Under the pieces are notes generated by a model that saw only the letters and a program-made list of their open reading frames with translations, was not told the origin of the DNA and made no database searches. Made by a program: the position numbers and the translations under genes. A stretch of 52,682 nucleotides of DNA, counting the filler, from Bipalium vagum (lineage: Eukaryota), in assembly GCA_037834085.1 (NCBI GenBank). It is 2 parts of 2 records of this genome, joined end to end, with 100 filler letters (N's around TTAATTAATTAA, not from the genome) between each part and the next. Parts side by side here need not be neighbours in the genome. Positions count along the whole stretch, not along the records: positions 23,124 to 52,682 come from JBBMKC010023554.1; 1 more part is not named here. One strand, written 5' to 3'. Every line of letters starts with the position of its first letter. The first letter of the stretch is position 1. Positions 25,260 through 36,863 of the stretch are shown here, piece by piece.

Positions 25260-27850
25260 ACTTTTCAATACCTCCCTTGTACATCAAAGACATTCGAAAA
25301 AAGTACACAATATCTTGAAAGCTAATCGACTCATCTCTCAACTATCAGGCCAAGGAAATCCATGTAATTCCTTCAAAAAGATTACTGTCTCTACTGATTC
25401 AAAACATTCATTTCTGCGCTGAAAGACCACTCAGCTTTAATATTTTTCAAGGATATCCACATTGTTACATACTGCTACCATTATATTAACTCTCCGGATG
25501 TCATTGTTACCAATCCAATAATATCAAAAGTCTTAGTCTTGAATTCATAAAAACTTATTTGACACTTAAAATGTTTAAAGACAAAACTATGATATTTTTT
25601 CCCTACTTTGACACATTAAAAAATTATTGGGATCTTTTCGTCTGCTATGTTTTGATTGAATCAATATACTGTCTGGATCCAGACCATTATGGCGACGAAA
25701 TGAGTGAACTTTTAAAAATTATCTCCACTTTTCTGACATACTTCCTTCTTGGGCAAATTGTATTTAAAATAACAAAAATAGGACCAGTTCAGAAAATGAG
25801 ATCTCCATCCTAAAGCGGTCCTCTAATATTTGGATATATTTACTCAATTTTTAACAGTAAATCATTAAACCTAATTAACATCAATAAAATCAAAGTAAGA
25901 ACGGCACAGCTCATAAGCAAGCAAATAAAAGATATTAAAGACTCATACGTCCACATGTAAAGGTACAAAACCCGTACATTTACAGAGTACAGCTCGCTGC
26001 CAAACTCCTGGATGACATTAAATAATTAAAATGTTCAAACGATGAAGCTAATAATAAAATTGTAAAATTTATATACGAGATGCGTCCAGTAAAGGAAAAA
26101 CGATTGTTTCTGAAACAATCATCAATAAAAAGACCTGTAACAGATTACAACCTTCGAAAAGTCTCCTTATACAAACCTGTGAGTGCCTTTAAATAATAAT
26201 TGACAAAACAGTAGCTGACTGCAATCCGTTTATACAAAAAATCTACGATTATTATAATAAAAAGTCAATCTCTCCACCTCCAGTTGATTGGCATCATACA
26301 GATCTCAAAAATCTAATAATACAAGGCCATTACTTTGACTTTTATCCACTCTCATCTGATGAAATTCATAGGATAATGAAAGGTGTTCAGAATACCGCAC
26401 CACGTCTGAGTAATATATCTTATTCAGATATAAAATACTGTGATCCGATCTACGAACTTCATCTTTTCTTACTAAACAGCATCTTGGCCAATCACTAAAT
26501 TCCTAAACGATGGAAATCTTTCAGAACACAACTTTTTCCAAAACCAATGAAGCAGGGTCAATATGATGACATAAACTATGACATCCAATAGCTTTTCCTA
26601 CAAAATTTTTGCTTATGCCCTTTATCATCAAATCTCAGGCTGGCTCACCAAAAGTAACCATTTGCATCCATTGCAAAAAAAATTTATAAACTTTCCATAA
26701 ATCAGTCACATAAATATCTCGGTATAGATTTCTGTGAAAAACTTAATTTACCTTCGTTCTCATTATTTTCCGATATCATTCAACAGCTAACCGAAATTGC
26801 AAATAGTATTCTCTACCTCTGGCAAAAATTTCAGGCATATACAATCTTTATCCATAGCAGACTACTTTTTATTTTCGCAACTATTACTTGTCGCCTAAAG
26901 ATCTGAAACACGGAAAAGATGCCATTGAATCAAGTAATAATTAAATCAATTCCTGGCCTTAGTTGTCAGTCATCTATTAAATAGTTGTATTCTTCTCAAA
27001 AGATTGGAGGAGTTGGTCTGGTCATAAATGAATATCATATAAAATCTCTGACGCAATGCTTCCAATTACTGTCCTCTGTTGATGACATCACTGCGAATAT
27101 TTCCATCTCTTCTCTTTGTAATTCGACCAAAATCTCAACAGGTTCTAGATTGTGCTCAACTGAAGATGTTCTGACATGGTTGTATAAAGGTGATAAACAT
27201 TGTCAACTGGTGGACAAAAATTGGAGCTGCTATCTCCCAACTGAAAAATAGGCATTCTATCACCCAATCATTCATATAAATGAAAAACACATTTACCTCA
27301 AATTTACCCAATGCCTTGAACCAGAAGCGAGGCATAAAGGCCTTATCAATCCTGGCGACTCAAAATGCTTATCAAAATTACTTCATACAATGGTACAAAA
27401 CTCATGGAACCACAAGAGTATTGGGTCTTCAAAACTGTCAGCAACACCAATATTTCAGGGATAAAATATCTCTCTCAGCCTGGTATTTTAATAAATGCAA
27501 GGCATGGAAGCACATACAGAGGATGTCGCAGATTCCCCGAATCAGAAGAATCACGAGCATATGTTCTTCTCGGATGTGTGCCTTCAAGAATATTTATTCT
27601 CTCTCGTCACAATTCAATTTAAGATTATCTAACTGAACAACTCTTATCTTACACAGAGGCGATAGTATATGTCAATGCTGAGAGTCAGTAGATTCAATCA
27701 ACACTGCACATTGACCTGCAAATTGAATTCACGAAATCAAAAAAACTAATTTTAATCGATATCAAATGCCCATTTGAGACTGAAAAACATCATCAAAACC
27801 TGGCACAGTACCACGATCTAATAGCTATTCGATAGCTTTTCGACCATGTT
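25260..27850 (+). mobile_element. Heavily decayed NeSL-clade non-LTR retrotransposon (Ulp1, part of RT, CCHC, RLE)
   Basis: IFFPYF..NYWDLFVC..IYCLDP; NTAPRLSNISYSDIK; IPKRWKSFRT; HKYLG; QKFQAYTIFIHSRL; LYSSQKIGGVGL; CRR..ESEESRAYVLLGC..RHNSI; LIDIKCPFE. Collinear with copies C and D. Confidence 0.8.
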
Positions 27851-27949
27851 CATATCGTAGGATTTACTTTCAACCCAACTATCTTTAATGTATGTTACAC
27901 TGCCGCTATATCTTTTATGTGTTCAACTCCAATTATTTGAAAGATTATA

Positions 27950-28050
27950 ATGTCATTTAAATATACCATGTCGTGTTTACCATCCATTAATATCAGGTTC
28001 ACTTGTCCCTTGAAAGTTGCTGGAGCTCCCGTTAATCCGAAAGGCCTTTA
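27950..28050 (-). mobile_element. Short Ty3/Gypsy RT fragment
   Basis: PFGLTGAPATFK motif. Confidence 0.6.
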
Positions 28051-31000
28051 GTTTAGTTAGACTATGAGCTAAGCAAGTAACATGCTTCGAATTTAGATAC
28101 ATGGCTTTTAGTTTTCTAAAACCAAGTAACATTTATGACGCCTGATGCGTTACAACAAGTCTCACCTAGCAGAAGCACATTTGCAACCTTTCAGTTTAAA
28201 GAAATATATAAGGTAACATTCTGCGCAATTTTTTCATCCCACAGAAAACTACAAGCGTCATTGAAACTTTGCATGATTGTCATATTTTACGTTTTTTCTA
28301 ATTCCGAGACTTGTAAATAACAAATACAGTTATTAAAATACAAATAAAAAATCTGAGTTACCTTTAATAGCGTCGACGTAACAGGTTTTTCAGCCAATGG
28401 TAATAAGAAAATATTCGAAATATAACGTTGTCTGACATCTGTAGTTTCATCTATTATAAAGGCAGCTGAAAATTCATGGACAAAAATTCTTTATTTTTAA
28501 TTTAACTAAATTATATATTATATATCAAATTACTAAAACTTAACGGGTTCCATCTCATGGATCGAATGTTATTGAGACTTGAATCTGGATATTGCGAAAT
28601 CAATAATGGAAAACTCATCTGGTCGATTAACATTCATAAGATATTCATTGTGGAAATTCTAATTTGGAATTATCCCAGTCATCATGAAACCAGAAACCAA
28701 GAAAGAGGAAAAAGATATGACCAGTATTTCATCGAGATAATAAGAGAAATTCTGGACTTTGCTCACGACAGCAACAAAAACTTCAGTTTTGCGCATCAAC
28801 AACTAATGATCATTTTTAATCGACTCTTTTCATAGGTCAAAAGTATCAGACGCTTTTAATTACCTCGTGTATTTGACCAAATTTAATTTTTTTACTTCTC
28901 TCAAAATCTTATACATTTGATTAATCTCAAATCAATAGAATATTTTTTCGGACGAATTAAATTGTGCAGAAATATAATTTTGTTAACCCAATAACAGGCA
29001 TCATGCCCAACATGTTGACTGCTTCAACAATAAATTAAAAAACAGATTAGGAATTGATTCGGATAAACGAGAGGATTTCATTAATAAATTTTTATTTTTA
29101 GAATCTTTTGAACAAATTTTATTTTTGTTAAAAATATAATTAGAACACAACTTTTGATTTTTTTAATAATAAAAGGTTGTCAGATTAAATTGGTTTATTT
29201 TTTATTACATAAAGGTTGTCAGATTTAATTCGTCCATTTTTTCTAAGAATATTTTTATTTATGTTCGACTTTAAATTTTGATGTAGTGTATTTCCTTAAT
29301 TTATAAAACCCTTCGAAAATATTTTTTAAAATTTAAAAATGCAATATTAAATTTTTTTAATGAAATTATTTATCATTAGTAAAATTTTCTTTAATGCAAA
29401 ATTTTAAATTTTATTAATCAAACTTTTACATTTGATTTTATTAAACGAAATAAATTCATTTCGCTTTGGACAAAAACATTTTGTTTAAGTTCATCACAAT
29501 TTAAATGGGCGGTCGGAGGGCGAGTCTCCATTTTGTCCGGTTGCAGACTAATTTGCTTTATTTCAGGAGCCAGGCTTTAATTAAGAAAAATTGGTATGCT
29601 GGTTTTTATTATTATCGTCATCTTTTATATATTTTACGTTTTATTTTATTAATCTTTGATTTATTTCTGTTTCACTTTGTGTTAGAAAAATTGATAAATT
29701 TATTATTTTGCATTAAATTTTGGATTACTTTTGAAAGAAAAGTTAATAGGACGATTGGACCAGATATTTTATATATTATTCGAAATTTTGTCATTTTTCC
29801 AGGATTTCATTACTTTTGACAGTTAGCATTTTGTAAAATGTCTCTAATGATCTCATCATCTGATGATATAAGTTAAATTATTTGATCAAAATTGGCCTTT
29901 GAAAAAATGTCTAATATTCTATTTGAATCTATATTATTTTTGTAAATGATTTTTTGATTTACACATTTTGGTGTTAATGCTTCGTTTAGAACTCTGGAAA
30001 AAAGGAGGGAAACAGACATATTTCTATTAAATCTCTAATCCATGTTTTGGAATGGAGAAATGATTATAAATCTCTTAAAATATTCATGTTTATGACTACT
30101 CTTATCTTTTGGTCAAATTTAAAATAACACATTTGCACTTTAATAGTACGTTTCTCTTTGAATTATTATTTATTAATAATCATTGGTTCCATTGACACAA
30201 GAAGAAATAGCGATAGATCAAGTTAAATAAAAACTGAGTTAATCCGGGGAGAGAAAAAATATTCTTGGAAAAATCAATTATTACTATTATGAGCAATAAT
30301 TTAATATAAAAGTGCCGTTTCCGTTATATTAAAAAAAATATAAACTTTTTAAAAGATTTTAACTTAACCTGTTTATCGATTTCATAAATTTTCGGTATTT
30401 CAATATTTCAGTCAATTAAATAAAATCAATCAATAAAATTGAAAATACTCTTTGATATTAATCTCGATTCTAAATAAAAATATTTTTCAAAATTAAAAGT
30501 AAGAGTACTGTTACTCCAGTGAGTGAAATGAATACATATATGGAATTCGATTCTCTATTTTTTAGAGTCCTGAAAATCTAAAGATAAACGTTCTTTTAAT
30601 CCTGGATGTCTAGTGTGACTCTTATCGAATGGACCTTTAGAAAAGTGAAATTATTGATAAAACCTGAATAGAAAATGGATTTAGGTTGAGAACCTAAATC
30701 TCATAAAAACATTTCATGAAATAAAAAATCAAAATAAAAATAATGGAAAGTCAAGTTTTATATTACTTAAAGTACTTTGTGTGGGGTTGGAGGAGACGCA
30801 TTTCACTATGGTTTTTCAATTATTTTATATTTTATGTAAGCATGTTTTCTTAATTTATAGGTATATTTTTGGTGTCGTAGTGGTCAATAATTGCTCAGAA
30901 TATTTTTGGAATAAAATCTACTTACTAAGAATATTTTTTTTAAGTTTCTTCAAAAATTTTTCTAAAGTCTAATTTTAAGTTCATCTTCCTAAAAGACTAA

Positions 31001-31077
31001 AAATAAATTATATCAATAATTATAAAAGGAAAAAGTTTACATTCATTCATTTGATAATTTGTTATTATTATACTTAG

Positions 31078-31319
31078 ACGTAGTAACGTGTGTTCGTCTG
31101 CTCGTGACTTCTCACATTTTATAAATCGTTGTGTCCGTAATTCATCTCAACCTTTCCGAATTTAAAACACCCTCCACAATAATGTATCCGCACTCTTAAG
31201 AACTAATTTAAAATACTTAAAATAAAATTTTATTCGAAACAATTACAACTTTAACTCAATTCAAATCAAAACCGAAACTTTATCAACGAATAAAATAAAA
31301 TCAAGTTCAGTGACAACGT
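31078..31319 (+). repeat. Possible decayed solo LTR
   Basis: Short imperfect inverted termini (CGTAGTAAC..GTGACAACG), internal TATAAAT and AATAAA. No second copy in the window. Confidence 0.25.
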
Positions 31320-32559
31320 TGATACTAAAGAAAAATCAAATCAATAATTAATAATAATTTCGTAACAAAAACGAGAATAAAATAAATAAATGGATCGGTC
31401 TCACCAAGAGCGCTAAGAGGTCCCCGGGTCACCCTCTAGTCCCTTATCAGGTCGCCTAAAGGTTCCCAAGCTCGCTGGGTCCCCTTGTAAAAATCCGGCT
31501 GCATAATCGACGTAAATATTTACCGGGATTGTCCTCGGCAAATATTCCTAGTCTCGCAACGTTTTCGGTCAAAAAATCTTCTTGGAATCGTCTTCGGCGC
31601 AAATATTCCTAAACTGAGTTTTCTCTTTGTTTTTCTTTTGGAGGCTCGGCCATTAACCGGAATAGCTGTCTCTTGTCAAGGTTAATGGAATCCGGTCAGG
31701 AAGTCCATTAGCCTAATCTCACGAAAAAATTCCGACGGCTGGATGTTGTCATTAAAAATTTTATAAAACAAATATTTTTTTTTTAAAAATTTATTATTAT
31801 TATTAATTAAAAATTATTATTATTTAAGAATTCTTCAAAAATTATTATTATTATTATTTAACAATTCTTCAAAAATTATTATTATTTAAAAATTATTATT
31901 ATCATGCTTCAAGACCCAACAAATTTAATTCTGAATGTGAAAAAAATCAAAATTTTTATATAATTCTTCAAAGAAAAACAATTTATATATCATACCAAAT
32001 GAGTCAATTTAAAGTTTGTTATATAAAAAAAATAATAAAAGAATATAATATTAAAAATAAAAATTTTTCGATTCTTTCTCTGGAAGATTTTACGTTTTCA
32101 GAGGATTTCTCAAACTTTTGTATAATTTTGCTCCAGATTATATAAAATCTTGATAAATCCTTGTTGAGAAGATTGTAGCTTTCCATATCCTGTCGATAAC
32201 CATATGATTTCATTATAGTTTACTTTAGAACTATAGAGTGATCTTTTTTAAAAATCAATTTTTAATGTGGGTACCGTATTAAGAATTAAGCAAAGTTTTG
32301 TTTTTTAGAAGTTAAAGGAACAGATATCTATTTTGTTCATCTGTTGTAATTAGTTAGTTGATTGTTTGCAGACGCTTTTCAAGGCTCTGATGCACTAGGA
32401 GTATGGGAAAGGAAATATTTGATTAAAAATAAATAGTCCGTAATAAGCATTGATACAACCAAATTCAATACTTTTTTATATCATAGCAAATGTTTAGAAA
32501 AAAAGATTACTCAAAATTTGTCTTCCTATTACATTTTATTGCATTATTGATTGAAGACA

Positions 32560-32840
32560 TTTTTCTTTTTATTATTATTAGTATGTATCATTAAAATACT
32601 TTTTGCTTTGAAGGATTTGGTGAATTTGTGGTTCCGTAAGTCCAATCTTCTTTAGAGCGGCGTCGTCGGCTGGGTTCCACGAGCCAACGGAGCGAAAGGT
32701 AAGTGTCAAGAGTGACTTCCATTAAGGATTTACTGTCTAATTATGGAGTAATTCCGGCGTTTTTTGTTTGGTTGTCCTGGCGATTCTTGGCAGTCTTCCA
32801 TTGTATCGTATGGTACCTTAATGTCGAGGATATTGGTAGT
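32560..32840 (-). mobile_element. Copy E: decayed RLE-domain fragment of the same retrotransposon group
   Basis: NILDIKVPYD, then in a shifted frame VGSWNPADDAALKKIGL; matches the C-termini of copies A and D. Confidence 0.8.
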
Positions 32841-33507
32841 TTTGGATTTTAGTTCGTCAAGGGAAATTTTCTCTGTGTAGGGATTGCTTAGTTCAAAAAT
32901 CGCCGGTCTGGAATTTGTTATATGGGCTCTAACGAGTGGAGCATCGAAATGACGGAGAAGTCCTTTTTGAGTGGCTTTATATTGGTATAAATGGTTGTTG
33001 GAGATAATTAGTAATTTATACAATGGTACCACGTTAAGAAGAGGAAAAATTGATATACAATAAATACAATAAAAAATGTGTAAAAAGGCAATATTGAAGC
33101 TATATATAAATTTACAGATGTTGTGATTTTAGAAGAACTAGAGCTTTATACCAGGGAAAACGGTATAAAACTCTAAGGATTGAAATTTATACAGAGGAAG
33201 GAAAAAAGAAACAATTTACAAGGGAGAAAAGGAGTGTACAATCAAGATTTGTACAAGGATAAACAATAATAAATTGATAGTCGTTTTTTTTACCTCCACA
33301 ATTGGTTTTTTGAAATATACAAATGAATATGTATACGATAAGTAATTATTTACATAGTAAGGGTAATTGTGGAGTATAAATATAAATGAAGATACTTAAT
33401 AATAAAGAATAATATATATATATATATTTTTTTTTCCCGACTTTTCAATGGATATTATTTACACAGTTAAAAGTATTTACAGAATTATTTTACAACGATA
33501 AAATGCC

Positions 33508-34285
33508 CTATATTGGTGGGCTTCTGATATGCACTAAGAACATATGGAAAGATTCACATATCGCGGTGTTGATGCTTTGATGGGCGATGTGACTGATGTC
33601 TTTTTCGAGTAGTCCAATTTTCTTCAGTGCAACATCATTTTTGGGGTCCCATGACCTCAAGGATCCAATGTTCAGGACATCAAGGCTGATCTCGTATCTT
33701 GTAGACATGTACATTTCTTGGACGATATTCTGATATTTCACTGCATTCTCCGTGCGATTTCGTTCAAAGTTTTCCAGAGAGTCATATGGCACTTGGACGT
33801 CAAGAATATGGATTTTTTTCTTGTCGTGCCGACGGATTATGATATCTGGTCAAGGTTTGTTGGTATTTCACTCGGAGAGGCATCAACTTCGACGTCGTAA
33901 TTCAGGTCTCTGAGGCAGCTAACAATTTTAAAAAGTACTTTGTTGTGTTTGATTGTTGTGGCATGGCTTTTCGATGGACAATGATTGAGCACATGCGGTT
34001 GACTCTCTGGCTGTGTCCTGCAGTGTCTGCACATGATGTTTCTGGATTTGGCTATGTTGAACGACCGGTAATTTAGGCCTAGGTTGTTGTTTCGGGCCTT
34101 ATATAGAAATTTCCATATCACTAGTGGTTGGTGAAATTTTGTTAATATGGTGTTGGAGTATTTGCTGAGGCTGGAGACTGGTATAATCCGTCCTTGCGAT
34201 TTGTGACTTTTCTGTAAAGTATCTCATGGCTACCGCTTCATGTAAATAGGCCGTGACTTCTTGAATGTTTTCACGGTTGAACGAA
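33508..34285 (-). pseudogene. Copy A CCHC knuckle and restriction-like endonuclease, frameshifted
   Basis: CRHC..ESQPHVLNHC..TIKHN, (R)PDIII..LDVQVPYD and GSLRSWDPKND, spread over ORFs 33837-34121 and 33508-33792. Confidence 0.9.
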
Positions 34286-34325
34286 TTTTGGTCCTGAGAT
34301 AGGCCTCTATCTGGTGGCTGCCTAG

Positions 34326-36692
34326 TCAGCTTTGCTCCAAGTCTGCGGCAGTGAGTGGAATGTCGCAGACGTCGGTTGATGTTGGCATTGTGGCCTTGAT
34401 GTGAGAGCTGATGTGCGAGGGCAAATTTTTTCGGGCAATCGCTTGGCCACAAATGCATCGGTACATAGAGTCCGGAGTGTGTTTGATTTGGTGATTATTG
34501 AGAAGGTGGGTGTCGAACCCACAGGCCTTGCCGTTATTAAAAGTGTATTTATTGTTACAATAGTTACACGTTAGGGAGTTGTAGGCTTTGAAAGTTGCTA
34601 TTGTTTCTGTATTGTCAATTGCTCCTGCGAAGAAATTAATGGCATTTAAATCCATGGAGCCATTACAAGATTCCGCTATGTCTTCCATGTTGATTGTTGG
34701 TTGAGATATCGTTTCATTTAATTCACTTTCAGAATCAAGGTCTGAGAGTGAGTCACAGCCGGGATTGGTAGCGTAAACATCGTGTGGTGTTGCGACAGGT
34801 GCATTGATGGTTTTGAGTGTTGTTTGGATTAGCGGCCGGGCGTTGTTTGAGGATGATTTTCTGGAAGAGGCGACTGATATAATAGATATATCATCGTCAG
34901 AGTTATTTTCATTGAATTGGGTTATCATTGTTTTTCGGCGTTTAAGAGGTTTTCTGGTGACGTGCGGGGATGTTTCGATGGTGTTCGTTTGCATAGTCTG
35001 GGTGCCGAAATCCCGCGTTTCAATCATAGTTTGTGTTTCAACCGTGGATCTGAATATCGGTGGAGGGGGAATGATATCATCATCATCATCATCATCATTT
35101 TTGTCATTGTTTTCTTCCGGTATTGATTCATCAATGACAATGATATCATCCTCTTCCGCTGGTGGAGGTGGAAGATAGTCTTCGTCAATGGAACAAGTCG
35201 GTTCGGCGTCGAGATCGACTTCCATCAATTGGGTTTCCGGCTCTATGATCAATTCTTGAGATGTTTCATTGATCGTTTCGAGAGATTTTATTGGTGTTGT
35301 TTTTTCGTCAGGATTGATGGTAGGCTTGGCAGGATTTTCGTGATTTTTGGTGGAGATTGATTTTTCGGGCGGAGCAAACCCGAAACCTATGATTCCTCTT
35401 TTTTCCATGTCCGGGTTGTACCGGTAATCCACGAGGAGAGGCATATTGCGACGATTTACCTTGATTTCCCGGTACGTCGCCCGGAACATGTTCGATTTTT
35501 GTCCATGTATTGGACGCCAGCCAGCGAAGATCCATCTTTTCTGTCCAATCAGATCTGGCCTTGGACAGTTTTCCCGGTTGTATTTTGGGAAATTGTAATT
35601 GGGAGCCGTTTTTGAGTTATTCGGCCTATGTGTTGGCTCCTTTATGGCATTTTCAGTTGATGGAGTTTCGTTAATTGGTGGATTTTGTTGTTTGATGTTT
35701 GGCATTTTTTCATTTAGGACTTTTTCGGTTGGCTTGGTCTTCTTGTTTTGAGTATTCTGATTCTGGTCTTTGTTAGATTTCATTTTTTCACTTCGTGGCT
35801 TTTGAGGATAGTTTTGCTTACGATTTTGCCCTTTGCTTTGGTTGACTGGCGGCTTCTTCTGCCAGTTTTTCTTCTTTCTATTCACGACGGTCCATCCCTC
35901 TTCGCCTGTGACCGTCACTTTCCTATCCCCGTTGGTGGCCTCGATGGTAAGGCTGGGGCCCTTATACCTATTCTCCGGGATCTTAACTTTTTCTTTAAAC
36001 GCTACTTTCTCGCTCTGCTTAGCGCCTTCTTCTTTGTCTCGCTTAAGCTCATTTCTTAAGTTCTCGATCATCCCTAATAAGTCTTGGATGGTGGCCGATT
36101 TTGAGTGACTGTTGGGTTTTTTTGAGGAATTTTTTGGGCCTGAGTTCTTATTGGCGCCATTATTTTTGCCAGTAGGGGTCGCAGTTGGCCGTGGTTGTTG
36201 GATGGTGGCCCCTACTGGTTCAATTGGGACTAACTCATAGAGCCGCCCATCGGATCCCCTAACAGTCTTGGTTAGCACTTCACAGTACGATGGGGTCAAC
36301 TTATCCTGAACGTAGCATCTAAAGTCTTTATTTGCCCCATCGGCTATTATCTGACATTTAGCCCTGGTGACTAAGGATGCCATGTACAACGCATTATACG
36401 CATTGTGTAAATGTATTTTAGTATAATAAGCTATAATATTCATAAATATATAGGTAAATACTTTTATACATTGAGAGATGATAAAGTAAAATGGGCCAAT
36501 GGGAAGCTGGGGATAAGTGCCAGTTCCCATGGGGAGATTACTCTCCTTTTCACCCCCCCGCGCATAATTGAAACATGAAATAGGATTTTTCCCGAGGGTT
36601 TTGGTAAAAAGTGGAGTTAAATTCAGGGAAAAGACATTGAAAATATGGGGGTGAGGCCCTGGAGCAGATGGTTGGAGGTCAATGCAGACCAT
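34326..36692 (-). CDS. Copy A N-terminal protein (788 aa): basic/disordered region, conserved central domain and two C2H2-like fingers; ends at the UGA-CUAG
   Basis: Long ORF homologous to 41682-44225 and 47443-49551. Fingers CNYC..HLLNNH and CIC..HISSH. Strong protein-like conservation begins at MASLVTR (ATG 36383). Confidence 0.85.
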   Translation of the reverse strand: MVCIDLQPSAPGPHPHIFNVFSLNLTPLFTKTLGKNPISCFNYARGGEKESNLPMGTGTYPQLPIGPFYFIISQCIKVFTYIFMNIIAYYTKIHLHNAYNALYMASLVTRAKCQIIADGANKDFRCYVQDKLTPSYCEVLTKTVRGSDGRLYELVPIEPVGATIQQPRPTATPTGKNNGANKNSGPKNSSKKPNSHSKSATIQDLLGMIENLRNELKRDKEEGAKQSEKVAFKEKVKIPENRYKGPSLTIEATNGDRKVTVTGEEGWTVVNRKKKNWQKKPPVNQSKGQNRKQNYPQKPRSEKMKSNKDQNQNTQNKKTKPTEKVLNEKMPNIKQQNPPINETPSTENAIKEPTHRPNNSKTAPNYNFPKYNRENCPRPDLIGQKRWIFAGWRPIHGQKSNMFRATYREIKVNRRNMPLLVDYRYNPDMEKRGIIGFGFAPPEKSISTKNHENPAKPTINPDEKTTPIKSLETINETSQELIIEPETQLMEVDLDAEPTCSIDEDYLPPPPAEEDDIIVIDESIPEENNDKNDDDDDDDIIPPPPIFRSTVETQTMIETRDFGTQTMQTNTIETSPHVTRKPLKRRKTMITQFNENNSDDDISIISVASSRKSSSNNARPLIQTTLKTINAPVATPHDVYATNPGCDSLSDLDSESELNETISQPTINMEDIAESCNGSMDLNAINFFAGAIDNTETIATFKAYNSLTCNYCNNKYTFNNGKACGFDTHLLNNHQIKHTPDSMYRCICGQAIARKNLPSHISSHIKATMPTSTDVCDIPLTAADLEQS

Positions 36693-36863
36693 CTGGTAAT
36701 TATAGTAATAAAAATTATATAATAGAGTATAAAAACTGCGAATGCGGCGGTCATTAATTGAAAGAGTTCTAAAAATTTTTGAAAATTTAGGCCCAGGAGT
36801 GTTAAAACAGACAATTTTTGAAATTTTAGAACTTTTGATGAGGCGGCGATCAATTTTAGGTGT

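Noticed and set aside
11831-32213. Short hydrophobic ORFs rich in F/I/L/Y (for example 11831, 12208, 20434, 29505, 30781)
   Set aside because: Expected by chance in very AT-rich DNA; no motifs or homologous copies.
32310-32345. 3' remainder of U2 (minus strand ATATCTGTTCC)
   Set aside because: Only about 9 nt match and no stem IIa, Sm site or later stems follow.
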